Below are positions 22,245 through 31,744 of a stretch of DNA of 32,000 bases, one piece after another. Position numbers and translations under genes: made by a program. The notes under the pieces are model-generated. The model was not told where the DNA came from and did no database searches. It worked only from the letters and a program-made list of their open reading frames with translations. Each line of letters starts with the position of its first letter. Within the stretch, counting starts at the first letter, position 1. Origin of the DNA: Balneolaceae bacterium (GTDB lineage Bacteria > Bacteroidota > Rhodothermia > Balneolales > Balneolaceae); assembly GCA_040882505.1 (NCBI GenBank), contig JBBEBE010000013.1, positions 99,518-131,517 on the forward strand, given 5' to 3'.

Positions 22245-23465
22245 ATGGACAAGCCCATGCAAAAAATTGACCCTACAGATGAGCGGATGGCTGCACTTGC
22301 CCACGAAATGCGAACTCCCATCCAATCCATTGATCTGATCTGTGAATTACTTCAAAAAGAGCCGGATCAACCACTATCTGCGATTCAGGAGAAATTGAAG
22401 AGCATGCGCAAGGGGTGCCAAACTCTGCTCCACCTTCTGGATGAATCTGTTTCTGCCAGTCGATTGACGACAACCCCGGTCAGCTACCCTGTCCGCCACA
22501 TACTATCTCTTCGGGATCTTGGAACGTACCTGCGTGAGCAACTGAATCCCTTGATGCTGAACGAACAAAGAGATCTTGAACTCTATCTGGACGATGCTCT
22601 TCCAGCCACCATTCACACACATCCGGTTTGGGTGGAGCAGATCTTGAGGAATTTGCTGACCAACGCATTGCGACACGGGAACGGGACCATACAACTCTCC
22701 TTCGAATCGGACCCGGAGGGCATTCGGATGTCCGTAACGGACGAAGGGCCCGGAATTCCGCCAGAAATGCACCAAGAAATCTTCAAACCACGCGTTCGAC
22801 TTTCCGGCCCGTCATCTCCGGAGAGTTCACCGGGCATGGGGTTGGGACTGTCTCTGGCATTGAGTTGGACTCGTCGGCTCGGTGGCACCCTTCGCGTAGA
22901 GAGTGAACCCGGAAAAGGGAGTACGTTCCAATTAACACTTCCGTTGACCGATTCCACGACGATTCGATCATCCGTGGATTCTGAAACCCACCCATTCCTG
23001 GTCCGAGAGGAACAGCCACCCATTCACCGGAGCCCCTCTCTACGAAACAGATCCATCGCTGGAGCTACCGTTCTGATCGTTGACGACAGTGAACTTCAGA
23101 CAGAGGCACTACAAGAGTACCTTTCGACTCCGGGTGCGACAATTTTAACAGCTCATCATGTCCATGAAGCGATTAACATATTGAGCAGACACTCCGTAGA
23201 TGCCATCATTCTGGATTTGAATCTTCCAGACCGTTCCGGAATTGAACTCATCCGTCACTTGAGAACTCGCACCCACCACCACACCACACCGATTATCCTC
23301 TATAGCGGTGAGATATTGGGGCGGGAAACCAATCGGATCATTGCCCCAATGGTACAGCGCATCCGAAAGAAAAAAATCGGTAGTCATCGACTGATTTTGG
23401 AAGATCTGCAGGAACTTCTCACTCCGGAACGAGAATCCGCGAATGCACCCATTCCCTCGAATTAA
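22245..23465 (+). CDS. Hybrid histidine kinase without sensor domain (HisKA-HATPase_c-REC)
   Basis: The H-box LAHEMRTPIQSI starts at residue 18 (His20). N-box LLTNALRHG, G1 VTDEGPGIP, G2 GMGLGLSLA. The receiver is VLIVDDSE...AIILDLNLPDRSGIELIRHLR...PIILYSG. No TM segment. Confidence 0.88.
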   Translation: MDKPMQKIDPTDERMAALAHEMRTPIQSIDLICELLQKEPDQPLSAIQEKLKSMRKGCQTLLHLLDESVSASRLTTTPVSYPVRHILSLRDLGTYLREQLNPLMLNEQRDLELYLDDALPATIHTHPVWVEQILRNLLTNALRHGNGTIQLSFESDPEGIRMSVTDEGPGIPPEMHQEIFKPRVRLSGPSSPESSPGMGLGLSLALSWTRRLGGTLRVESEPGKGSTFQLTLPLTDSTTIRSSVDSETHPFLVREEQPPIHRSPSLRNRSIAGATVLIVDDSELQTEALQEYLSTPGATILTAHHVHEAINILSRHSVDAIILDLNLPDRSGIELIRHLRTRTHHHTTPIILYSGEILGRETNRIIAPMVQRIRKKKIGSHRLILEDLQELLTPERESANAPIPSN

Positions 23466-23475
23466 TTTCTGAATC

Positions 23476-24666
23476 TCACCATTCTGCCCGACGCACAATC
23501 TCGTCTGCAATCGACAAAGCAGCCGTTGCCGCCGGGCTGGGGGCATTGAGAACATGCAACTGTCCCTCTTGTGATTCAAAGAGAAAGTCGTCCAGGATGG
23601 TCCCGTCCGGGTTCAGCGCCATCGCCCGGACACCGGAAGGGGCAGGATGCAGATGCTCGGATTGGATCCACGGCATGAGTCGCCGGAGTTCTCCCACGAA
23701 CGCATTCCGGGACAGAGAACGTCGATACTCGCCCAATCCCATCCGCCAGTGTTCTTTGGCCAGACGCCAAAATCCGGCATAGTTCAATGTTTCGAGCGTC
23801 TCGTCAAGATCGAAGGAGAGTTTCTCGTACCCTTCCCGTTTGAATGCAAAGACCGCATTGGGACCGCACTCCACTCCTCCCAAGGCCATGCGAGTGTAGT
23901 GAACTCCCAAAAAAGGAAACTCCGGGTTGGGCAGTGGATAGATGAGACCGCGAATTCTTGCGGCAGCTTCCGGCACCAGCTCGAAATACTCCCCTCGAAA
24001 CGGAACAATCTGCACCCCGGGGTTCAACCCGGCCGATCGAGCCACTCGATCACTATACAGACCTGCACAGCTGACCAAATAGCCGGTCTCCACCGAGTCT
24101 TTCTCTGTATGAATTTGCTGCACACCCTCTCTTCGGGTAATTCCGGTCACCTTCTGGCCAAAACGAATCTCGGCCCCCTGATCACGAAGCAAAGATTCCA
24201 GAACATGACAGACCCCGGAGAAATCAACGATCCCTGCACAGGGTACCCGGATGGCCCGAATACCTGCGGTCCACGGTTCAATTTCACGAATCCTCTCCGG
24301 GCCGACCACTTCAATTCCTTCGATTCCGTTTCTCAATCCACGCTCGTAGATGGCCTCGAGTCTGGATAACTCTTCCTCGCGCGTGGCCACAACAAGCTTT
24401 CCGCAGATCTCGTGTGAGACACCGTGCTCTTTGCAAAATTGAACCATCTGGTGTCGGCCATCCACACAGTTCCGTGCGCGGTAACTTCCCGGTTTGTAGT
24501 AGATCCCTGAGTGAAGGACTCCCGAATTTCGCCCCGTTTGATGCACAGCCACCCGGTCTTCCTTTTCCAAAATGAGAATTCGGGCGTCCGGCCATGCCTT
24601 TGAAAGCTTCCATGCCGCCGCAAGACCGACAATACCGGCACCAACCACTGTGATATCATACTTCAT
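23476..24666 (-). CDS. lhgO: L-2-hydroxyglutarate oxidase/dehydrogenase (FAD-dependent)
   Basis: YDITVVGAGIVGLAAA (FAD fold), HQTGRNSGVLHSGIYYKPGS, FRGEYFEL, FLGVHYTR, GPNAVFAFKREGY and NAPSPAATAALSIA are collinear with E. coli LhgO/YgaF. Confidence 0.88.
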   Translation of the reverse strand: MKYDITVVGAGIVGLAAAWKLSKAWPDARILILEKEDRVAVHQTGRNSGVLHSGIYYKPGSYRARNCVDGRHQMVQFCKEHGVSHEICGKLVVATREEELSRLEAIYERGLRNGIEGIEVVGPERIREIEPWTAGIRAIRVPCAGIVDFSGVCHVLESLLRDQGAEIRFGQKVTGITRREGVQQIHTEKDSVETGYLVSCAGLYSDRVARSAGLNPGVQIVPFRGEYFELVPEAAARIRGLIYPLPNPEFPFLGVHYTRMALGGVECGPNAVFAFKREGYEKLSFDLDETLETLNYAGFWRLAKEHWRMGLGEYRRSLSRNAFVGELRRLMPWIQSEHLHPAPSGVRAMALNPDGTILDDFLFESQEGQLHVLNAPSPAATAALSIADEIVRRAEW

Positions 24667-24810
24667 AATTCCAGCTAAATCGTGTTATCTTTGGGGACTG
24701 TCCCAAGATTCGGAACGTTCCAGGTACGCAGTCATGTTATCCACCCGGAATCCGGTATCGAGTCGCAGCAATGCGTCCAATGCGACGCCCCGGACTCAAT
24801 TCGAACAACT

Positions 24811-25380
24811 ATGCAATCAGAGCCACACATGATGCTGACGATCCGTACAATTTTCGTCGCCACGGCACTCCTCTTCGTTTCCTGTTCTGGCGAGCAGGAG
24901 CCACAACGCTCGGAAGCATCGGGGGCAGATCCGGCAGGTGAAGATATCGATCGAGCCTCAATAATTAAACAGGCGTCATTTACCGACCTGGAGGGAAACG
25001 AGGTAACACTGGATCAGTTTCAGGGGAAAGTTCTTGTTATCGACTTTTGGGAAACGTGGTGCGCACCCTGTCTACAAGTCTTCCCATCGCTCCAACAACT
25101 TCGTGAAGAGTTCCCTGACGACTTTGAAGTACTGGCGGTTACACTGGGTGCCATGGAAGGGCCGGAAGAAGCTGCGGCATTCCGCGATGAGCACGACTAT
25201 GACTTTCAATTCCTCTACGATGCCAACAACGTCTCGGACGAACTCGGCATCTTCAGTATCCCGTTCAAACTCTACATCGATCCGGATGGAGAGTTGATCA
25301 AGAGCGAAATCGGAACCCGGGGACGGGACGGAGACTACTCCAATGCCCGGGAAATCATTCAGGAGTACAGCTCGCTGTAA
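24811..25380 (+). CDS. TlpA/ResA-like thiol:disulfide oxidoreductase lipoprotein (thioredoxin fold)
   Basis: Lipoprotein signal LTIRTIFVATALLFVSC and redox motif VIDFWETWCAPCLQVFP (CxxC). The start is ATG 24811 or ATGATG 24829. The ORF-track GTG at 24682 lies only 16 nt from the divergent lhgO start and is unlikely. Confidence 0.82.
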   Translation: MQSEPHMMLTIRTIFVATALLFVSCSGEQEPQRSEASGADPAGEDIDRASIIKQASFTDLEGNEVTLDQFQGKVLVIDFWETWCAPCLQVFPSLQQLREEFPDDFEVLAVTLGAMEGPEEAAAFRDEHDYDFQFLYDANNVSDELGIFSIPFKLYIDPDGELIKSEIGTRGRDGDYSNAREIIQEYSSL

Positions 25381-25420
25381 TCCTCGTTCGTAGAATCCAT
25401 TCAGAAACCAGAGAAGATCC

Positions 25421-26725
25421 ATGTCCAACAAACACGTCGAAAAGCTACCCTACAAAGTAAAAGATATCTCACTGGCCGATTACGGCCGCAAGGAGATTCG
25501 TCTGGCCGAAGCCGAGATGCCTGGCTTGATGGCACTTCGCGAAGAGTATGGCCCGAAGCAACCGCTCAAAGGAGCTCGTATTGCCGGGTGCCTCCACATG
25601 ACGATTCAGACGGCTGTTCTGATCGAGACACTCGTCGAACTCGGAGCCGACGTACAGTGGTCCTCCTGCAACATCTACTCGACGCAGGACCATGCCGCAG
25701 CCGCAATTGCAGAAGCCGGAGTACCGGTATACGCATGGAAAGGCCTGACCGAAGAGGAGTATACCTGGTGCATCGAACAGACCCTCTTTTTCGAGGGTGG
25801 CAAGCCACTCAATATGATCCTGGATGATGGTGGAGACCTCACCAATCTGGTACTTGACGACTATCCGGAGCTCGCCAAAGGGGTCCGGGGAATTTCCGAA
25901 GAGACGACAACGGGGGTTCTGCGCCTTTACGACCGGGTCAAAAAAGGAACGCTGACCATCCCGGCGATCAACGTAAATGACTCGGTCACGAAGTCAAAAT
26001 TTGACAATAAATATGGCTGTCGCGAGTCTTGTGTGGACGCCATCCGACGAGCCACAGACGTGATGCTGGCCGGGAAAGTAGCTGTTGTTGCCGGCTACGG
26101 AGATGTCGGAAAGGGATCATCTGCCTCCTTGCGGGGTGCCGGAGCACGGGTCATCGTCACGGAGATTGATCCAATTTGTGCTCTCCAAGCCTCCATGGAC
26201 GGCTATGAAGTGAAGAAAATGTCCGATGCCGTCAAAGAAGCCGATATTGTCGTGACTGCCACCGGCAACAAAGATATCCTGACCAAAGATCACTTCCTGA
26301 ACATGAAGGACAAGGTGATTGTCGGAAACATCGGCCATTTCGACAATGAGATCGATGTCGCCTGGCTCAAGGCCAATGCCGACGAGGACAACATCAAACC
26401 ACAGGTCGATCTGTTTCGGTTGTCAAACGGAAATGAACTGATCCTTCTCTCCCAGGGACGCCTGATGAACCTTGGAAACGCCACCGGCCATCCGAGCTTC
26501 GTCATGAGCAACAGCTTTACCAATCAGACATTGGCTCAGATTGCTCTCTGGAATGACGAGTTCGAAGTCGATGTCCACGTCTTGCCAAAGGATCTGGACG
26601 AAAAAGTGGCCCGGTTGCACCTTCAAAAAATCGGAGTCGACCTCGAAGAACTCAGCGACGATCAAGCCGAGTATATCGGTGTCCCCAAAGAAGGACCCTA
26701 CAAGCCGGAGCACTACCGGTACTGA
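25421..26725 (+). CDS. ahcY: Adenosylhomocysteinase (S-adenosyl-L-homocysteine hydrolase)
   Basis: [33 protein letters not shown], the NAD site [28 protein letters not shown] and the C-terminus PYKPEHYRY are all canonical AhcY motifs. Confidence 0.96.
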   Translation: MSNKHVEKLPYKVKDISLADYGRKEIRLAEAEMPGLMALREEYGPKQPLKGARIAGCLHMTIQTAVLIETLVELGADVQWSSCNIYSTQDHAAAAIAEAGVPVYAWKGLTEEEYTWCIEQTLFFEGGKPLNMILDDGGDLTNLVLDDYPELAKGVRGISEETTTGVLRLYDRVKKGTLTIPAINVNDSVTKSKFDNKYGCRESCVDAIRRATDVMLAGKVAVVAGYGDVGKGSSASLRGAGARVIVTEIDPICALQASMDGYEVKKMSDAVKEADIVVTATGNKDILTKDHFLNMKDKVIVGNIGHFDNEIDVAWLKANADEDNIKPQVDLFRLSNGNELILLSQGRLMNLGNATGHPSFVMSNSFTNQTLAQIALWNDEFEVDVHVLPKDLDEKVARLHLQKIGVDLEELSDDQAEYIGVPKEGPYKPEHYRY

Positions 26726-26731
26726 TCGAAA

Positions 26732-27493
26732 TCAGACGCCCGAAATCCGGCGTTTGTATTCACCCAGTGCATCATCGAGGCGCTCACGGGCAGTCGTGTC
26801 TCCGGGAATGTTGTGCGACGGATGAATGTACAGTTTTTCACCGCGCTCGGCCAAAATCTCGGCGACCGTCGAGACAATCATCCAGACACTGGTCACAAAA
26901 CCCATTGTCGAAACCGGCCCGATTTTATCGAAGTGGTTGTCCAGATCGACCGACGCGTCGATGGCCGGTACACATGTGTCAACCACAACATCGCCGAGAT
27001 CAAACAACTTTTTCCCGGAAGAGTGGCGGGTGGTTGCATCCTTGAATGAGTCGGCCGATCCAAGGACGACCACCTTCATTCCCTTCTCCTTTGCATCCAA
27101 GGCGATATCAATGTTTACATTGTTGATTCCCGAATGCGAAAAGAGCCACATCGTGTCCCGGGTATCAAAATCGTAGCCTTTCATGATCTCCTTTCCGTAC
27201 CCCTCGGCCCGTTCCAGAAAGAGAAATTGATGCACGCCCATCTCTCCGGTTATCCGGGTAAAGAACGTGAGTGGCAGCTCGATCATCGGATGGAATCCCA
27301 CAAACCCGCCGATACGTGGATACATCTCCTCAACCGGAATGGTGGCGTGCCCACACCCGAAGGTATGCACCCACCGTCCGGCTGCGATGGAGTCGGCCAT
27401 CAATTCAGCGGCTGCTTTGATGTTCTCCAGTTGTGTCTCTTCGATCTTCTCCATCACGCCACGCGCGTTGGATAACCATTTCAGTGCCAGCAT
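26732..27493 (-). CDS. SIS-domain protein (UPF0309-like putative sugar-phosphate isomerase/binding protein)
   Basis: 253 aa. ADSIAAGRWVHTFGCGHATIP and LFSHSGINNVNIDIALDAKEKGMKVVVLGS fit the SIS fold pattern. SD AGGAGAtccATG. It is the last gene of the ROK-MFS-SIS string. Confidence 0.65.
   Translation of the reverse strand: MLALKWLSNARGVMEKIEETQLENIKAAAELMADSIAAGRWVHTFGCGHATIPVEEMYPRIGGFVGFHPMIELPLTFFTRITGEMGVHQFLFLERAEGYGKEIMKGYDFDTRDTMWLFSHSGINNVNIDIALDAKEKGMKVVVLGSADSFKDATTRHSSGKKLFDLGDVVVDTCVPAIDASVDLDNHFDKIGPVSTMGFVTSVWMIVSTVAEILAERGEKLYIHPSHNIPGDTTARERLDDALGEYKRRISGV
26734..26760 (+). terminator. Weak candidate intrinsic terminator for ahcY (embedded in the 3' end of the convergent SIS gene)
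   Basis: AGACGCC-cgaaatcc-GGCGTTT forms a 7-bp stem including one G.U pair, followed by gTaTT. The T tract is poor. Confidence 0.25.
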
Positions 27494-27597
27494 GGATCTC
27501 CTGTTTCAAGTTTATGAGTTCAACCTTGTTGTTCTATCGCAAATATGCATGACGAAACCGAGTCGGTTCAGCCCGACCCCTCTTCCGAAACCAGGAC

Positions 27598-28764
27598 TCA
27601 TTCCCCGGTCGAATCACGAACCCGTCCCAACAGAAAGAAGATGAGCAGAAGCAACAGTGGCAATATTCCCAGTGCTGTCCGGATCGTGGTACCGCCCGCC
27701 AGAACCCCGATGAACCACGGGACAATCATCCCGCCCGTCAGGCCGATCGTCAGGACAAGGCTGAAGGCTGTTCCGGAGAGATGCGTATATCGGTCTCCCA
27801 CCAGCCCGAGGATGACCGGAAAACCGGCAGCCAACCCTACCCCCAACAAGGTAATTCCGGCAATGGCCAAATTCTGGGAAAGAGCCGAAATCATGAGAAT
27901 GGCTCCCAACAAAGAGATCGAGAGACTTCCATAGAGGATCTTGTAGGAACCGATACGACCCAACAATTTTCCCAATCCGGTTCGGGCCACCATCATTCCG
28001 GCCCAGTAGAAGGAGAGGAAGAGTACAGCCCGGCTCCCCTGCATTCCGATCTCCTGTTCGAGGTACGTCGAGGTCCACCCCCCCATGGTCATCTCCAATC
28101 CGCTCTGCATGAAGAGGATGGCACCAAACAGGAGCAGCGGCTTTTCGCGTGTGAGCTTCAGAGCCTCCCGAACCGGGAACCCCTCGGCCTGCTTTGGCTC
28201 CGGGTAGTGGACCAACGCAAAAAAGAGAAGGGGGGCCGCCATGGTCCAGGCCAGCGCTGCCATGAGGGACTCATAGGTATACAGATCCAAAAGGGATCCG
28301 AGGAGAAACGGTGTTCCAAAGGCACCGACCCCGAAAAAGACCCCGAGAAGGCTGAGTCCTCCCCCTCGATTCTCTGGATAGATGTCGGCCACAAGTGAAT
28401 TGGTCCCTCCATTGACCACGCCCCCTCCAAGCCCGATCGCAAGCAGCGCACCCACCAAAGCGGTCATTCCGCCGGCAACGGCTATTCCGTAGAATCCCAG
28501 GGAGATGAGCAGTGTGGAGAGGACCAATATCCAGCGGTAGCCAAAGCGATCGGCCAATGGCCCAAAAAGGATGGATCCGCCGAGCATGCCGAATGTCATG
28601 ACCATAAAGAGCGAGCCGGCCTTGGACATCTCCATGCCGAACTTGGTGATGATCGACGGAAGAAGAGCCCCCAGGATGGCCATTACGATCCCGAAAATCA
28701 AAATCCCGAGACAGGCCGCAGAAAAGGCCATTCTCTTTGCAACGATTGTCAATGAATTACTCAT
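27598..28764 (-). CDS. MFS transporter (12-TM, sugar-porter-like)
   Basis: 388 aa, hydrophobic throughout. The MFS loop motif GPLADRFGYR lies between TM2 and TM3. It overlaps the ROK gene by 8 nt. Confidence 0.85.
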   Translation of the reverse strand: MSNSLTIVAKRMAFSAACLGILIFGIVMAILGALLPSIITKFGMEMSKAGSLFMVMTFGMLGGSILFGPLADRFGYRWILVLSTLLISLGFYGIAVAGGMTALVGALLAIGLGGGVVNGGTNSLVADIYPENRGGGLSLLGVFFGVGAFGTPFLLGSLLDLYTYESLMAALAWTMAAPLLFFALVHYPEPKQAEGFPVREALKLTREKPLLLFGAILFMQSGLEMTMGGWTSTYLEQEIGMQGSRAVLFLSFYWAGMMVARTGLGKLLGRIGSYKILYGSLSISLLGAILMISALSQNLAIAGITLLGVGLAAGFPVILGLVGDRYTHLSGTAFSLVLTIGLTGGMIVPWFIGVLAGGTTIRTALGILPLLLLLIFFLLGRVRDSTGE

Positions 28765-29725
28765 CTACACCTCTGTCTGCCTGATCTGCGGCATCAAGCG
28801 CCAATTTTCCGGCTCCAAGAATCCCTGCTTCTCCACCCAAACGCGATGCGACAATCTGAGCCTGCGAAAAACTCACTGGTTGAGACCAGAGCGAGGCCTG
28901 TCCGCGGATTCGGCTCATGTACCGGGTAGCCGGACCGAAAACACCCCCGCCAAAGATTACTTTTTCGGGGTTGAATATACTGATCAAATTGGCGGTTGCC
29001 GCTCCCCAATACCGGATAATCTCCCGCATCCAGTCTGTTGCCACTGGATCGCCCTGCTCTTCCGCTTCAAACAGTGCACTGGCTGTCAGGTCCTCCGGAT
29101 TCAGCCGGGCAAGTGGAGTCTCCGGTCGCGGGGTATTGGAAAGTCTCTTGCGCATCATCTGTGCAATACCGGCACCAGACCCGTGATACTCAAAATCTCC
29201 GCACGGTTTGTACTCTCGTTTGTAGAGTGTAGAGAGCGCCATCCAACCGATGGATCCGGCCACATCTCCCACTCCGCGCAGAATCTGCCCACCCGTCAGG
29301 ACACCGGCACCAATTCCGGTACCGACCGCCAGATAGATGGCGTCCGAACAGTCCCGGGCGTCTCCTCTCCACATCTCGCCAAGAATGTAACACGCCCGAT
29401 CGTTGTCAATCCGGATGGGCACCTCTCGATTCACAACGGCTTCCCGAATTCGATCCCGAATCGGATAATTCTCCCAACCGGCGATGTTGGGGACCCAAGC
29501 CGTTCCATCGTCAGGCCTGTAGATTCCCGGCACGGAGAGGCCTATGGCCTCGACCTGTTTGGACAGGGAAAGCAGGGCCCGTACCTCCCGGGCGATCAGA
29601 TCGCCGACCAAATCACCCTGACGATCTCCAAGGGAAGCTACCCGCTTTTCGAGTAGTTGCCCCTTCCGATTGAAAAGTGCAGATGCCAGTTTGGTTCCGC
29701 CCAGGTCCAGTCCGATGACATGCAT
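28757..29725 (-). CDS. ROK-family sugar kinase (glucokinase/N-acetylhexosamine kinase-like)
   Basis: N-terminal ATP motif MHVIGLDLGGTKLASALF, then YLAVGTGIGAGVLTGGQILRG and a Gly-rich C-terminus GGGVFG...AGILGAG. No N-terminal HTH, so it is a kinase rather than a repressor. Confidence 0.85.
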   Translation of the reverse strand: MHVIGLDLGGTKLASALFNRKGQLLEKRVASLGDRQGDLVGDLIAREVRALLSLSKQVEAIGLSVPGIYRPDDGTAWVPNIAGWENYPIRDRIREAVVNREVPIRIDNDRACYILGEMWRGDARDCSDAIYLAVGTGIGAGVLTGGQILRGVGDVAGSIGWMALSTLYKREYKPCGDFEYHGSGAGIAQMMRKRLSNTPRPETPLARLNPEDLTASALFEAEEQGDPVATDWMREIIRYWGAATANLISIFNPEKVIFGGGVFGPATRYMSRIRGQASLWSQPVSFSQAQIVASRLGGEAGILGAGKLALDAADQADRGVDE

Positions 29726-29979
29726 GGTCGTTGCGATTGGTTGTCGCCGGGCCGAACCGGCAAAGTTTCGAAATCGATAACTGCGACCAAGTTCTCTACG
29801 CGCAGTCAGCGACTATTTGTCTCGCAGGATGTTGCTCTTTTCTTTCAAAAGAATCAACCGGTCCAGCGGTTTCACCGAATGTATCCCGTTTTTGAATACT
29901 CTGGAGTTGATGAAGGAGATTGAATAACCATTATATTGCGATCAACAGGAATCCTGACAGATCTACAATACAGACTCTC

Positions 29980-31431
29980 ATGCCGGACATTCAACCCAGC
30001 GCCAGTTACAGTTTCACGATGCGTCTCTATATCGAGAACCTACCGGGACGGCTGGCCCGTGTCATCAATGTCATTGCAGACCTGGAGGCGGATCCCGGTG
30101 CGGTCGATGTCGTCAAGGTAGAGGGGAAGTACAAAGTGCGTGACATGACGGTAAGCGCCCGTGGCGAAGATCATGCGCAGTCGATCGTCGAGGCCGTCCG
30201 AAAGATCGAGGGAGTGCGTGTCCACAACGTCTCGGACCGTGTCTTCCTCATGCACCTGGGTGGAAAAATACGCATTCAGAACAAGGTTCCGGTCGATACC
30301 CGAGACACCCTCTCGATGGCCTATACACCGGGTGTGGGTCGGGTCTGTCGTGCCATTGCCAACGACAAAGAAAAGGCCAATACTCTCACCATCAAAGGGA
30401 ACTCGGTCGCCGTCGTCAGTGATGGCTCGGCTGTCTTGGGTCTGGGAAACATCGGGCCGGAAGCCGCCATGCCGGTCATGGAGGGGAAAGCGATGCTTTT
30501 CAAGGAGTTTGCAAACGTGGATGCCTACCCCATTTGTCTGGACACTCAAAACACGGAGGAGATCATCCAGGCAGTCAAATGGATCTCCCCGGGATTCGGC
30601 GCCATCAACCTGGAGGATATTAGTGCTCCTCGTTGCTTCGATATCGAGTCACGTCTACGTGAAGAACTGGATATCCCGGTGTTCCATGACGACCAACACG
30701 GAACCGCGGTCGTCGTTCTGGCCGCCGTCATGAACGCCTTCCGTCTGGTTGGAAAGACGCTCGAAGATTCCCGCATCGTTGTCGTTGGAGCCGGAGCAGC
30801 TGGTTCGGCCATTGCAAAAATATTACTGTCTGCCGGTGCCGACAACTTGATCTGTTGCGACAAACCAGGAATCCTGACCCGTGAAATGGCCTCTGAATTG
30901 GATGAACACAAAGCATGGCTGGCCACCAACAGTAATCCGGAAAATCGATCCGGGTCCGTTCGTGACGCATTACAAGGCGCAGATTTGGTGATCGGCGTAA
31001 GTGGCCCCGGCACGATTCCGGCCCAGGCCGTTCGGGAGATGGCAAGCGACCCGATCGTCTTTGCTCTCGCCAATCCCGATCCGGAAGTACAGCCTGAAGA
31101 GATCGGCGACATTGCACGCATCATCGCAACGGGACGCAGTGACTACCCGAATCAAATCAACAATGTTCTCGCCTTCCCCGGCATCTTCCGGGGAGCACTC
31201 AAAGCGCGGGCAACAGCCATTACCGAACCCATGAAGCTGGCCGCCGCCTATGCCATCGCCGGTTGTATCGATGAGACCGAACTTAGCGAAGATTATATTA
31301 TCCCGAGTGTATTCAACAAGCAGGTGGTCCGACGTGTCGCCCAAGCGGTTCGTGATGCAGCTTACGAAAGTGGCGTAGCCCTCCGCCCGGGGAAGGCCAG
31401 ACAAGCCCTGCCAACCAATCTGTCGGAATGA
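29980..31431 (+). CDS. NAD(P)-dependent malic enzyme with N-terminal ACT domain
   Basis: ACT-like YSFTMRLYIENLPGRLARVINVIADLEA, then LSMAYTPGVGRVCRAI, VVSDGSAVLGLGNIGPEAAMPVMEGKAMLFKEFANVDAYPICLD, the NAD fold VVVGAGAAGSAIAKIL and ANPDPEV. The start is uncertain: ATG 29980 was chosen. The ORF-track TTG at 29920 lies only 1 nt after a GGAG. Confidence 0.9.
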   Translation: MPDIQPSASYSFTMRLYIENLPGRLARVINVIADLEADPGAVDVVKVEGKYKVRDMTVSARGEDHAQSIVEAVRKIEGVRVHNVSDRVFLMHLGGKIRIQNKVPVDTRDTLSMAYTPGVGRVCRAIANDKEKANTLTIKGNSVAVVSDGSAVLGLGNIGPEAAMPVMEGKAMLFKEFANVDAYPICLDTQNTEEIIQAVKWISPGFGAINLEDISAPRCFDIESRLREELDIPVFHDDQHGTAVVVLAAVMNAFRLVGKTLEDSRIVVVGAGAAGSAIAKILLSAGADNLICCDKPGILTREMASELDEHKAWLATNSNPENRSGSVRDALQGADLVIGVSGPGTIPAQAVREMASDPIVFALANPDPEVQPEEIGDIARIIATGRSDYPNQINNVLAFPGIFRGALKARATAITEPMKLAAAYAIAGCIDETELSEDYIIPSVFNKQVVRRVAQAVRDAAYESGVALRPGKARQALPTNLSE

Positions 31432-31532
31432 TTTCCCGGTACTGGTTTGACCTCCATTTCAAAAACGCGTAAATTCCTGTTCTGTCAAGGTTCCGTTTCA
31501 TTCCCCACTTGAATCGGTGTGACAACGTTTTC

Positions 31533-31560
31533 TTGAAGCTGTTTTCGTGCACGATATATC
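31533..31560 (+). promoter_or_regulatory. Candidate sigma-70-type promoter for tRNA-Arg
   Basis: TTGAAG, a 16-nt spacer, then TATATC, ending 4 nt before the mature tRNA 5' end (31565). Confidence 0.3.
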
Positions 31561-31564
31561 GAAT

Positions 31565-31638
31565 GCGCCCGTAGCTTAACCGGATAGAGCACCTGACTAC
31601 GAATCAGGAGGTTGGAAGTTCGAATCTTCCCGGGCGTA
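31565..31638 (+). tRNA. tRNA-Arg (anticodon ACG)
   Basis: Cloverleaf folded by hand. Acceptor GCGCCCG/CGGGCGT (one G.U), D-arm GCTT/GAGC with a GG loop, anticodon stem CCTGA/TCAGG with loop CTACGAA (ACG), T-arm GGAAG-TTCGAAT-CTTCC, discriminator A. No encoded CCA. Confidence 0.9.
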
Positions 31639-31645
31639 CATACTG

Positions 31646-31695
31646 AAAAGCCTTTCAAGTCAATACGCCACAGACTTGAAAGGCTTTTTTATTTT
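31646..31695 (+). terminator. Strong Rho-independent terminator after tRNA-Arg (potentially bidirectional)
   Basis: AAAAGCCTTTCAAGTC-aatacgccaca-GACTTGAAAGGCTTTT gives a perfect 16-bp stem, followed by TTTATTTT. The A run on the 5' side could serve the convergent minus-strand gene. Confidence 0.85.
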
Positions 31696-31744
31696 CCGCC
31701 CACGGCGAATTTCAAGCCGGAAATCCGGGAAAAAGGGGCGATCA

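Noticed and set aside
1246-24682. N-terminal extensions in the ORF track (starts at 2094, 5708, 9799, 10670, 13509, 16654, 19801, 24682)
   Set aside because: These extended starts would overlap the upstream gene by 40-220 nt or swallow a promoter. Internal ATGs lie directly after the upstream stop and/or behind good SD sequences, and they coincide with the conserved family N-termini.
29762-29780. cAAAGTTTcgaaaTCGATAA upstream of the malic enzyme gene, reminiscent of the E. coli FliA -35 (TAAAGTTT) and -10
   Set aside because: The spacer is only 5 nt where ~11 are required, and a housekeeping gene lies downstream. It is coincidental.
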